A DNA stretch of 64,000 bases from an uncultured Chloroflexia bacterium (GTDB lineage: Bacteria > Chloroflexota > Anaerolineae > CG2-30-64-16): contig CAVZDU010000002.1 of assembly GCA_963774265.1 (NCBI GenBank), positions 192,001 to 256,000 of the forward strand. The letters run 5' to 3'. Positions 17,990-27,473 of the stretch are shown here, in pieces (within the stretch, counting starts at the first letter, position 1; each line of letters begins with the position of its first letter). The position numbers and the translations under genes were made by a program. Under the pieces are notes generated by a model. That model saw only the letters and a list, made by a program, of their open reading frames with translations, had not been told where the DNA came from and did no database searches.

Positions 17990-18189
17990 AGGTTCCCCGC
18001 TGCGCCGTGTGTTCGCTGGTTTTGAACCTGCTTGCGCAGGTGGGTGCCTTATCGCCGGTTCAGCTTTGCCCTTCCCACGCAGCTTACGCCACGTGAGGGG
18101 CTATTGCGTCTCCATCCGAAGCCAGCTCCCTAAGTTATCATGTTGGCTCAAAACGTCTACGGAACATCACGAGCACCGCAGGGCACTGT
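17990..18189 (-). ncRNA. ssrS: 6S RNA
   Basis: About 200 nt downstream of aspS. 5' and 3' ends pair (TGTTC/GAACA, TTTTGAGCC/GGTTCAAAA). Contains TTAGGGAGC and GGCACCCACCTG, typical of Firmicutes-type 6S. Own promoter TTGCGC-N17-TAGCAT at 18224-18196. Confidence 0.85.
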
Positions 18190-18265
18190 AAGATGATGCT
18201 ACCATAGCCCCGATAAACGCGCAAAACGGGAAATGGGGCGCGGACCCGACTGGTACTGGTCCCAT

Positions 18266-20029
18266 TTAGTCCCTGATAGCCAAATGCAGTTCCTGGAGTT
18301 GCCGCTCCGAAATCTCCGAAGGCGAGCGGAACATCAGGTCTGTCGCGGATGCCGTCTTGGGAAACGCGATCACTTCGCGAATCGATGGGAAACCGGCGAG
18401 GATGGCTACAGTGCGATCGATGCCGGTCGCGATTCCGCCGTGGGGTGGCGCGCCGTACTCGAATGCCTCCAGCAGATGGCCGAACTTCTCCTCGGCCTCC
18501 TCGGGTCCGATTCCCAGCGCCCTGAACATTTGGGACTGGCGATGCCGCTGATGAATACGAATCGACCCTCCGCCGACTTCCCAGCCGTCCATTACGATGT
18601 CGTAAGCCTTCGCACGCACCTTGCCTGGGTCGGTCTCCAGCAGATCCCAGTCTTCATCCAGGGCCGATGTGAAGGGGTGATGCATTGCAGTCCAGCGCTG
18701 CTCTTCAGCGCTCCATTCGAGCAACGGGAATTCAACCACCCAGCAAAGCGCGTGCACATCCTTGCGCGCCAGACCCAGGCGACGGCCAAGCATCACGCGC
18801 AATTCGCCCAGGCTCTTGGCCACGACCATCGGGTCGGCGTCGGCGACGATCAATACCAGGTCGCCCGTATTCGCGCCAAGCCGCTCCCGCAGAACGGCAA
18901 AATCGGCCTCTGTCAGGAACTTCGCCGCAGATGATTTCGGGCCGTCCTCGCGATACGCAATGTGAACCAGCCCCTTTGCGCCAGCGCGCCTGGCCAAATC
19001 GGCCAGATCGTCGAGTTCCTTCCGGCTGTACCCTGCGCAACCGGGCGCCACGATACCCTTCACCTTGCCTCCGGCCGCCACCGCACCCGAGAAGACACCG
19101 AATGGGCTGCCTGCAACCAGCTCGCTCAGGTCGACGTGCTCCATGCCAAAACGCAGGTCAGGCTTGTCGGAGCCGTACTTATCCATCGCCTCTTGATAGC
19201 TCAAGACAGGAAAGGGCTTCTGTAGGATGGGCTTGGAGCCGAAACGCTCGATGATCTCCGTATACAACTCGCCGATCAAAGCAATTATGTCCGCGCGCTC
19301 GATGAAGCTTAACTCCATATCGAGCTGGGTGAACTCAGGTTGGCGGTCAGCGCGCAAGTCCTCATCGCGGAAACAGCGCGCGATCTGGAAGTATTTCTCG
19401 TAGCCGGCAACCATGAGCAGTTGCTTCAATTGCTGGGGCGACTGAGGCAGCGCATAGAAGCTGCCGGGATGGACGCGGGAGGGGACAACATAGTCGCGCG
19501 CACCCTCAGGGGTGGTCTTGATCAGCATGGGGGTTTCGATTTCGAGGAAGCCCCGGCTACTCAGGAAATTCCGGATCAGACTCACCACGTTGTGGCGCAG
19601 GATGATATTCTTCTGCATCGCAGGGCGACGCAAATCCAGGTAGCGATACTTCAGCCGCAAGGCCTCGTCGATCTCAACGTCTTCATTGATGTAGAACGGC
19701 GGCGTCTTCGCCTCGTTGAGAACCTGCGCCGCAGTCGCTACCACCTCAATCTCGCCGGTGGGCATGTTGGGGTTGGTCAGGCCCTCTGGTCGTGGCTTGA
19801 CCACGCCCGTGACCTGGACCACATACTCTGCGCGCACGCCACTGAGAACCTCATGAGCGGCAGGGTTGGTTTCCTTGTCACAGGTGATTTGCACGATGCC
19901 CGAACGATCGCGCAAGTCCAGGAAGATCAGCGCACCGTGGTCGCGTCTGCGGTGCACCCAACCGGCGAGCGTGACAGTCTGGCCCGCCTTCTCGAGTTGC
20001 AGGTCCCCGCAATTGATGGATTTGAGCAT
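18266..20029 (-). CDS. aspS: Aspartate--tRNA ligase, likely non-discriminating (Asp/Asn)
   Basis: [39 protein letters not shown]. True start is MLKS at 20029 with a GGAG RBS. Confidence 0.97.
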   Translation of the reverse strand: MLKSINCGDLQLEKAGQTVTLAGWVHRRRDHGALIFLDLRDRSGIVQITCDKETNPAAHEVLSGVRAEYVVQVTGVVKPRPEGLTNPNMPTGEIEVVATAAQVLNEAKTPPFYINEDVEIDEALRLKYRYLDLRRPAMQKNIILRHNVVSLIRNFLSSRGFLEIETPMLIKTTPEGARDYVVPSRVHPGSFYALPQSPQQLKQLLMVAGYEKYFQIARCFRDEDLRADRQPEFTQLDMELSFIERADIIALIGELYTEIIERFGSKPILQKPFPVLSYQEAMDKYGSDKPDLRFGMEHVDLSELVAGSPFGVFSGAVAAGGKVKGIVAPGCAGYSRKELDDLADLARRAGAKGLVHIAYREDGPKSSAAKFLTEADFAVLRERLGANTGDLVLIVADADPMVVAKSLGELRVMLGRRLGLARKDVHALCWVVEFPLLEWSAEEQRWTAMHHPFTSALDEDWDLLETDPGKVRAKAYDIVMDGWEVGGGSIRIHQRHRQSQMFRALGIGPEEAEEKFGHLLEAFEYGAPPHGGIATGIDRTVAILAGFPSIREVIAFPKTASATDLMFRSPSEISERQLQELHLAIRD

Positions 20030-20072
20030 GAATCGATACTCCGTGATAGATGGCTGTGTCAGGATTGTCGCC

Positions 20073-20101
20073 ATTATACCGTCGCGCATGGGGAGCAGCA
20101 A
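20073..20101 (-). promoter_or_regulatory. aspS promoter
   Basis: TTGCTG-N17-TATAAT on the minus strand, ending just before the IS target duplication. Confidence 0.65.
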
Positions 20102-20110
20102 ACGGCCTGC

Positions 20111-21895
20111 TGTAGTGGGCAGAGAGGTTTGTCCTCTACAGAGTGGGCACAGACGTTTGTCCTCTTGCCCTTGATCGACGACAGATAAATCGCCTAAGCT
20201 GGCAGTACTTCCTTTGTGGAGCGAGGGGGTGCTGCCATGCCACGATGTCCGGCTCGAGATTACGCTGATCGCTGTTTGGCCATCGAACTGCAACAGCGTG
20301 GGCTGCGTCAGTGTGAGATTGCGGCCAGGTTGCAGCGTCCGGTGCGTTGGGTGCGCCGCACGGTGGGCCGCTATGATGCGGCGGTCGGGATGACCAGCCT
20401 GTGCGATCATTCGTCCCGGCCGCAGCGCTCGCCGCAGCGGACACCGCCCGAGATCGAGGCGGCGATGTGTGCGTTGAAACAAGCCCATGGGGCTTGGGGG
20501 CGACGCCAGATTGCCAAGCAACTGCGCTGGCAGTGGCGTAACGAGCCCGAACGCCAACGCTGGGTTAGTGTCGGCCGGGTGCGGCGGGTCCTGGCTCGCC
20601 ATCCGGAACTGGATCCGCCCGCCCCAGCGTCGGAGCGCCCCCCGCCGCGGCACATCGACTACCTGACCTGCAACCTGATCTGGGCGGCGGACATCCACGA
20701 AACGCACCTCGCGGACGGGAGTGTCTGGTACACCCTGCATTGGCTGGATCTGCATAGCCGTTTTGAGTTGGGCCAGCTGACGGCGCAACGCTTGAGCGAG
20801 GCGTTGGTCGTGCACAGCTTTCTGAATGTCGCCCAGCAGTACGGTCTGCCCCAAATCGTCAAGACCGATCATGACAAGCTGTGGTACGACGGGGTGAGCG
20901 GCTTACCGAGTCCCCTGACGCGCGTGCTCAGCGCCTTGGGCGTCTATCACCTGCTGGTGGGCCCCAAACAGCCTTGGTGGAACGGCGTCGTCGAACGCTA
21001 TGTGCGCACGTGTCGCCAGGAAGTCGTCTTGCCGCCGGGCGAGGACCCGCAGTGCCGCAGGCCGTCGAAACAGCCCGCCACTTCTACAACGAGCAGCGCT
21101 GTCACAGCCGCTGTCAGGATCAGCCCCCGGTGACGGTCTATCAATCGAGTGTACGCCGCGTACCGGCCGGTTTCGATCCTGCGCAAGTACCCTTCACCCA
21201 GGAGTCCCTGGTGCTATCCCGCCAAGTAGAAGCCAACGGACACATCCGCCTGGCCGGCCGCAGCTTGCCGTTCAGCCGGCGCTATGCGCACCAGACCATC
21301 ACCGTGACGGTCACTGGCTGGTCGGCCGTCGGTCAAGTGGCGGATGGCTGGCAACGTACCTGGGACCTCCACGCACAAGCCGTGCAACCAGCCGTACCAC
21401 CGCCGCCACCAGCCCTACCGCAGCCCGTGCGCCGCAAGATAGATCGCGCAGGCTGTCTGACGCTTCAGTGCTACCGTTACTACGTCGGGATCGCCTGGAC
21501 CGGTCAGACCCTCACCATCCAACGCAGCCAGGATACCTGGACGGTCAGCCTACCTGATGGCACGCAGAAGACCTTACCTTGTAAGCATCTGTATCCGCAA
21601 CCGCCCACCAAAGCCACTCCCGCGCAGCCCAAGACCCCTCCTACGTCACCAACAACGAACTGCACTCTGCCAAGTCGCCGCGTCAACCAGAACGGCCAGA
21701 TTTCCTTTCACAACCGCCTCTACTTCGTCGGCATCGCCCACAAGGGCCAAACGCTCGCCGTGGTCCCCACCGACATCGGTCTGGAGGTCTACACCCCCCA
21801 GCAGGCCTGGATCACGACTTGCCCGTGGAAGCCACCGCGCCAACCGGACAAACCTCTCTGCCCTATGTAGAGGACAAACGTATGATCCCATTACA
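20111..21895 (+). mobile_element. IS481-like insertion sequence (1785 bp)
   Basis: TGT...ACA ends; 30-bp imperfect terminal IRs (24/30 identical); flanking 8-bp direct repeat CGGCCTGC at 20103-20110 and 21896-21903. Confidence 0.9.
20237..21870 (+). CDS. DDE transposase (HTH + rve core + 3 C-terminal repeats), -1 frameshift near 21050
   Basis: [33 protein letters not shown] in ORF 20216; YNEQRCHSR continues in ORF 20881. Confidence 0.88.
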
Positions 21896-22039
21896 CGGCC
21901 TGCTGTAGTGCTTTGGATAGCCAAGCAGACGCGTGTCTTTGGCCCCCACTCCGTTCAGAATTCATATGAGGCACAGTTCACCCCGCTCAATGAGCTATGC
22001 TATACTGGGGCTACTCACACGTATTCGAGGGAGCGACAG

Positions 22040-22987
22040 ATGCGGTGTCTGGTCACCGGGGGAGCGGGATTTATCGGCACGGCGCTAGCCAATCGGCTGG
22101 TGCTTGAGGGCCATGATGTCCGAGTGATAGATGATCTGAGCGCAGGCGACCCCAGCGGGCTGCACCCACAAGTCGTATTCACCCGGGGTGATGTGCGGGA
22201 CCGGCCCAAACTCTGGACCCTGTTGCAGAAGGTGGATTGCGTGTTCCACCTGGCCGCGCGCGTATCGGTCCCCGAATCTGAGTTGTACCCACGAGAGTAC
22301 AACGACGTCAACGTCGGAGGCACGGTTGCGCTGACCGAGGCAATCCGCGATGCTGGTGTGCAGCGAATCGTGCTCGCATCCTCAGCGACAGTCTATGGTC
22401 CACAGCCTCGCCAGCCAGTCCCAGAATCCGCCTGGCCCCATCCGCAGGCGCCATACGCGGTCAGTAAGTTGGCCGCGGAACACTACATTTTCGCGCTCGG
22501 CGAGCTTTACAAAATCACCACCGTCGCGCTGCGCATCTTCAACGCGTACGGCCCCGGCCAACGCGTACCGCCGGTCCATGCGCCGGTGGTCCCTCATTTC
22601 GTGAGATGCCTCCAATCAGGAGCATCTCTCGTCATCCATGGCGACGGGGAGCAGACGCGTGACTTCGTGTATATTGATGATGTGGTCGACATGCTAATTG
22701 CGGCATCAGATGCGATCAACATCGACCGGATGGTCATCAATGTGGGGTCTGGTGAGGAGACCAGTCTCGATGGCTTGGTGGGCACGCTGTCGGATCTGAC
22801 GGGCCTGCGTCCCGAGGTAATCCATAACCCGAAACTTGGCGGCGGCCTTCCGCGGCTGGTAGCCGACCTGGAGATCGCGCGGCGGCTGCTAGGCTACAAG
22901 CCGAAGGTGAGGCTTCGTGACGGCCTGGAGCGTATGCTGGAAGCAAGCCAGCGCCCGCCGAATCGGAATCGCGGATTCAGCCGCTGA
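22040..22987 (+). CDS. NAD-dependent epimerase/dehydratase (UDP-glucose 4-epimerase-like)
   Basis: TGGAGFIG, HLAA, YAVSK, GDGEQTRDFVY. Extended -10 TGcTATACT at 21998-22006. Confidence 0.92.
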   Translation: MRCLVTGGAGFIGTALANRLVLEGHDVRVIDDLSAGDPSGLHPQVVFTRGDVRDRPKLWTLLQKVDCVFHLAARVSVPESELYPREYNDVNVGGTVALTEAIRDAGVQRIVLASSATVYGPQPRQPVPESAWPHPQAPYAVSKLAAEHYIFALGELYKITTVALRIFNAYGPGQRVPPVHAPVVPHFVRCLQSGASLVIHGDGEQTRDFVYIDDVVDMLIAASDAINIDRMVINVGSGEETSLDGLVGTLSDLTGLRPEVIHNPKLGGGLPRLVADLEIARRLLGYKPKVRLRDGLERMLEASQRPPNRNRGFSR

Positions 22988-24072
22988 TGGTGTGCTCATA
23001 GTGCGGCACTGTGCCATTTGTCGAGGGAGCCACGTTCACCTGAATCGGCGCGGCCAGCCGTACACCGCGCGACTCGAACCGGCGCAACAACTCAAGGTTG
23101 GCGTCTGTGATCACCTGCCAACGATCATCGAACGATTTGACGTGGAATAGCACCAGCACTTCCATGGCATAGTTCCCAATCGTCTCAAACCTCACCTTAT
23201 GATCGTCAATGCCAGGATGACAACAAACCGAGTCGCGTATGTCCTCTAGCGCCTGCTCCATTCTTGCCGCGGACGTATCCGGTGCAAGGCGCAACGTAGA
23301 GGCCCACCAGTACCCCCGTTCAGCAGACACATTGGCGATAATGCCGCCGGTGAATTTGGAGTTCGGGATCGTCACGCGATAGCCGGTGTTCCAGTCCTCA
23401 GCGATGGTGGCTCGCCAGCCGATCTCCTTGACGATATACTGTTTGCCTTCGAACTCGATCAGGTCACCGATCAAGAACGGCTTCTGCGCAAAGATGGTAA
23501 TGCCGCCGAAGATATTCGCGACGGTGTCTTGTGCGGCCAACGCAAATGCCAGACCCCCGATTCCCAATCCTGCCAATACCGTGCCTACGTCGTAGCCGGC
23601 GTTATTCAAGCCAACAATGACTGCCAACACCCACACGATGATGCGAATGCCGCGACGGATCAATGGCAGGATCTGATCATCAAATGCACCGTTCGTTTTG
23701 GATGCCAGGGGCGCGAGATAATTGCGGTGGATAGCATCATAGAGGCGGGTGATGAGCCAGGCAACGATCAACGCATAGGCGAGGCCAAGTGCGCCATCGA
23801 TCACCGCTACCCAGGTCTCCGTCAGGAACAGGCGCCGGAGCGCAGTTCGCGAAGCCAAAAGAATCAACAGCACGACGACTGGCTCTTCCAACGCGTCGAT
23901 TAGGTATCTCATCCAGCTGGACCTTACTGCGCCGAGCGAGGGTTTTCAGGCCGCGGGAGACAGCCCAGTAAAGGACGCGCCCAAGGATCACCGCACCGAG
24001 GATCAACAGGAATGTAGTGAGCCATTGGTTGACCGTATTGCCGTAGTAGTTGCGGTTGAAGAAATCAGTCAC
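22977..24072 (-). CDS. Small-conductance mechanosensitive channel family protein (frameshift near 23907)
   Basis: GLGIGGLAFALAAQDTVANIFGG, PFLIGD, IPNS; N-terminal part is in ORF 23737..24072. Confidence 0.88.
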
Positions 24073-24214
24073 TGGCTACCCCTGACTTGATCATAAGATA
24101 GAGTCAAGGATAACTCAAGTTTAGCACAAACGCAAGCCTATGGACATGATGCGCACGACGAATGCCTCCGTGATCCCTGCCGTCAGGCTCAATAGGTACC
24201 GATGGTGTGAATTC

Positions 24215-25106
24215 TTACCAGTGCGTTACAACGGGCGTCCCCACCACCGCCCAACTGTACAGCCATGCTGCGTCTTGGGTGCGCATGTTCACACAGCCGT
24301 GGCTCATTGGGCGGCCGAAGTTGTTATGCCAATAAGTGCCGTGAATTGCGTAGCCCCTGTAGAAATACATGGTGTAAGGCACTCCAGGCAGATCATAACC
24401 CGGGCCGCGCATCGCGCGTGGCCCGCAGCTTAATGTAAACTTTGAAGCGGCCGACCACAGTCGGCGTACTTGGCAAACCGCCGCTAATCAGGGAAGAGAA
24501 TACTGCTGTCTTGCCCTGGTAGGCCGTCAGGCGCTGCTGACTCAGGTTGACATCAATCCAGCGGTCGGAGGCCGGACCGGAGACAGGCGGTTTTGTCGTC
24601 GAGTCCGTCGCCGTCCCCGTGACTTTCAGGCGCTGACCCACCCAAATAAGGTTCGCATTGGCCAGTCCATTCAAGGCCATCAGGTTTTTCACAGTCGTGC
24701 CATAGCGCGCTGCAATCTTACTAAGCGTGTCGCCGGACTGCACAATGTATGTGCCAGTTGCTGGCGCCTGGCTGGGCGGTTTTGGTGCAGCCGGGGAGGT
24801 TGCAGAGTCACTCGCGCCAGGGATTACCAGCTTCTGGCCAACGTAGATGCGGTTCGGGTTGCTGATGCCGTTTGCCCGGGCAAGTTCGCTGGCCGAGACG
24901 CCGTGGCGCGCCGCGATTGTTCCCAATGTATCTCCAGGACTGACAACATACGATGCTTCATCCTGACTTGGAGCAGCCGAGGCTGTCCCGCAGAAAACAC
25001 ATCCGAGCAGCAAGAAGACTAGCACGGTCACGACCAGCCGCGTTCCTCTTACCGCCCTACTCGCGTGGAATGAATTGAGTCCGATGACATCGAGATGCAT
25101 CACCAT
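24215..25106 (-). CDS. LysM x2 + L,D-transpeptidase (YkuD), frameshift near 24414
   Basis: Two Y.V..GDTL..IA LysM repeats, [23 protein letters not shown]. Confidence 0.9.
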
Positions 25107-25324
25107 TCCTCCTGTGGCGGTCGCTTGACCACAAAATAATGCTTACTTTCATGTTAATGTTATGACGCAAAAAGTCAAGAAAGGGCGCGGCCTGCAACCG
25201 ATACGCTGTTTCTTTAAGCTTAGCCGAAAAGTGATTTTTAAGACAGAAGCGCTTCGTCTTGCGTGCGACGCCGATTATGATATAATGCCGCCTTACGTGC
25301 GATCAATTGAGGAGCGATTCTTTC

Positions 25325-26299
25325 ATGATGCATACGGTCCGGACCGGCGCAGCAGCACTCGTCACAACAGTGGCGCTGTTGCTCATAGTCGCATATGCGC
25401 TGCCGGTAGATGCTCAGGACTCACCCGTTATCGCGCAGGCGGAGCTCCGCTTGTGGCCCGAGTATGACGACCCGGGGCTTCTGGTGATTTTTTCCGGCAG
25501 CTTTGCATCGGGAACCACTTTCCCCCTGCAAGCGGTGTTCCCGCTCCCGACCGGAGCGCGCAACGTTCAGGCCACCTATAAAGATGCATCAGGCACGCTG
25601 ATAAACCAGCCGTTCAAGATAGACGGCGGCAAGCTGAACTATGAGCTGCCGTCGGCCGACTTCCATTTCGAGTTCTATCTGGATCGCGCGCCCTCTGGTG
25701 ATCAACGCACAATATCATATACGCTAGATGCACCCTATGCGATTCTGGCGGTCAGGATCGCTGTCCAGCAGCCTGCCCGCGCCACCGGCTTCACCCTCAC
25801 GCCGGCTGCCGAAAGCTCCGAACAGGGCAGCGATGGACTGACTTATCAGATCGTGAACCGTCGGGATGTGGTCGCGGGCGAGAAGGTCGAGCTGGTGGTT
25901 AACTACTCAAAGCCGGACACTGGTCTGACTGCACCGCAGTTAGCCGTCACGACGACCGATGCGCCGGTTCAGAGCGGGCAAAACGCTCAGGCAACACAGC
26001 CAACCACCAAGCCGCAGTCAACGGAATGGCTACCCTGGTTCCTCATTGGTTTGGGTGTTGTGCTGCTGGCCGGGAGCTTGACCTATTGGATTCTGTCGCA
26101 GCGCCGCAGAACAGCCTCGACACTCGACGCACCTGCGCTGGCGCTCGGCGCCAGTCCCGAAGCGTCGCCAATTGGGCGACCCAGCGCGCCGCGCAGCATG
26201 GTCCCGGAGCACGCCCCAACGTATTGCACCAGCTGCGGTAATCAATTGCGTGCGGAGGATCGATTCTGCGCGCAATGTGGCACACCGCGGCGCTCATAG
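25325..26299 (+). CDS. Exported membrane-anchored protein with C-terminal zinc ribbon
   Basis: Signal peptide, LWPEYDDP, one TM helix, YCTSCG..FCAQCGT. Confidence 0.8.
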   Translation: MMHTVRTGAAALVTTVALLLIVAYALPVDAQDSPVIAQAELRLWPEYDDPGLLVIFSGSFASGTTFPLQAVFPLPTGARNVQATYKDASGTLINQPFKIDGGKLNYELPSADFHFEFYLDRAPSGDQRTISYTLDAPYAILAVRIAVQQPARATGFTLTPAAESSEQGSDGLTYQIVNRRDVVAGEKVELVVNYSKPDTGLTAPQLAVTTTDAPVQSGQNAQATQPTTKPQSTEWLPWFLIGLGVVLLAGSLTYWILSQRRRTASTLDAPALALGASPEASPIGRPSAPRSMVPEHAPTYCTSCGNQLRAEDRFCAQCGTPRRS

Positions 26300-26352
26300 A
26301 CGCTCGGAAGGATGTCAGAATGCCATGTGGGGTGCGAATTAGGAGTCTGACA

Positions 26353-26850
26353 ATGCGCAGAACTGCGCGGTTTGCTTTGATCTTGATCGTGCTGCTGATG
26401 TGGTCTGTGCCGACACTCGCGCAGACACCCTCGCCAAACGAAATCAACTCAGTCGCCCGCGAGTTATGGTGCCCTTTGTGCAATGGTGTGCGGCTCGATA
26501 ACTGCGAGTTGCAGGCCTGCACCCAAATGAAGGAAGTCATCGCCGAGAAGCTAGAGGCTGGCGAGAGCTCTGAATCGATCAAGTCGTATTTCGTGACGCA
26601 ATACGGCGACGTCGTGCTCGGCCAGCCCTCACGTGAGGGCTTCAACCTGATTGCCTGGGTCTTCCCGATCCTGGCTGCGATCGTCGGCCTGGGCTGGGTG
26701 GCCTACCTTGTGACCACGTGGCGTAAGCGCCAGGACCCGCTCGCGGCTCCAAGCACCCCGGGATCCCAATCTGCCCCGATCCGTCAGCCCGGCGAGGAGT
26801 CGGATGACTACATGAATCGCGTTGAACGCGAATTACGCGAGACAGAATGA
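26353..26850 (+). CDS. ccmH: Cytochrome c biogenesis protein CcmH/NrfF
   Basis: LWCPLC, YFVTQYGDVVL, C-terminal TM helix. Confidence 0.88.
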   Translation: MRRTARFALILIVLLMWSVPTLAQTPSPNEINSVARELWCPLCNGVRLDNCELQACTQMKEVIAEKLEAGESSESIKSYFVTQYGDVVLGQPSREGFNLIAWVFPILAAIVGLGWVAYLVTTWRKRQDPLAAPSTPGSQSAPIRQPGEESDDYMNRVERELRETE

Positions 26851-27428
26851 CGCAACAAATGACGACGACCGACACCTCCCCCGCTCCTCCGCGTAAGGTG
26901 CCCGCCTTCGCGATCGTGATGGGCATCGGTGTACTTCTCCTGGGTGGCCTGCTTGGCCTGATGCTGGTTAAGCCGCCACAGAAGGCGCTCTGCGATGAAG
27001 CCGCCCCTGATCTGGCGCTCTCACTCTTCCCCGAGTACACGGCCCCGTGGACCAGCGACACGCTGAACCTGGCCGACCTGCGCGGTCAAGGCGTCGTCCT
27101 CAACTTCTGGGCCAGTTGGTGCAAACCCTGCGAGGAAGAGGCTGCTGCTCTTGAAGCTGCATGGCAGAAGTACAAGGACCAGGGAATCATGTTTGTCGGC
27201 GTGGACTACCTGGACCAGGACCCGGCAGCCAAACGCTATCTGCAGAAATTCAACATTTCCTATCCGAACGGGCCAGATCTCGCCAGCAAGATCTCCAAGC
27301 GCTATACAATTCGAGGCGTGCCCGAAACATTCTTCATCGACCCGCAGGGCAACATCGTCGGCTGCCGTAAGATCGGCCCGCTGGGCGATGCGGAGCTCGA
27401 ACAGCGGATCGCAGAGATCATGCCGTAG
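26847..27428 (+). CDS. TlpA/CcmG/ResA thiol-disulfide oxidoreductase
   Basis: NFWASWCKPC, GVPETFFID; N-terminal TM helix. Confidence 0.9.
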   Translation: MTQQMTTTDTSPAPPRKVPAFAIVMGIGVLLLGGLLGLMLVKPPQKALCDEAAPDLALSLFPEYTAPWTSDTLNLADLRGQGVVLNFWASWCKPCEEEAAALEAAWQKYKDQGIMFVGVDYLDQDPAAKRYLQKFNISYPNGPDLASKISKRYTIRGVPETFFIDPQGNIVGCRKIGPLGDAELEQRIAEIMP

Positions 27429-27473
27429 GGGCGCCATGCCGGCTGTCCCTTCAAATGCTGGAGAAATACGATT

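Noticed and set aside
20111-20165. Direct repeats as a possible mini-CRISPR
   Set aside because: Only two units with a few bases between them, mirrored at the other IS end, and no cas genes. They are transposon end repeats.
20030-20872. 281-aa N-terminal extension of AspRS in the 868-aa ORF
   Set aside because: It is the antisense frame of the IS. The real start at 20029 has an RBS and a promoter.
21799-21807. 9-nt internal IS match (reverse complement GGCCTGCTG) to the target site, as a possible guide
   Set aside because: Too short to exceed chance in 1.8 kb of GC-rich DNA. It lies within the coding region and there is no evident ncRNA.
21557-22039. 161-aa N-terminal extension of the epimerase
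   Set aside because: It runs through the IS end in an alternative frame. The Rossmann motif begins at ATG 22040, which has its own RBS.
25107-25300. Possible riboswitch upstream of the LysM transpeptidase
   Set aside because: No recognisable aptamer motif. The region is explained by divergent promoters.
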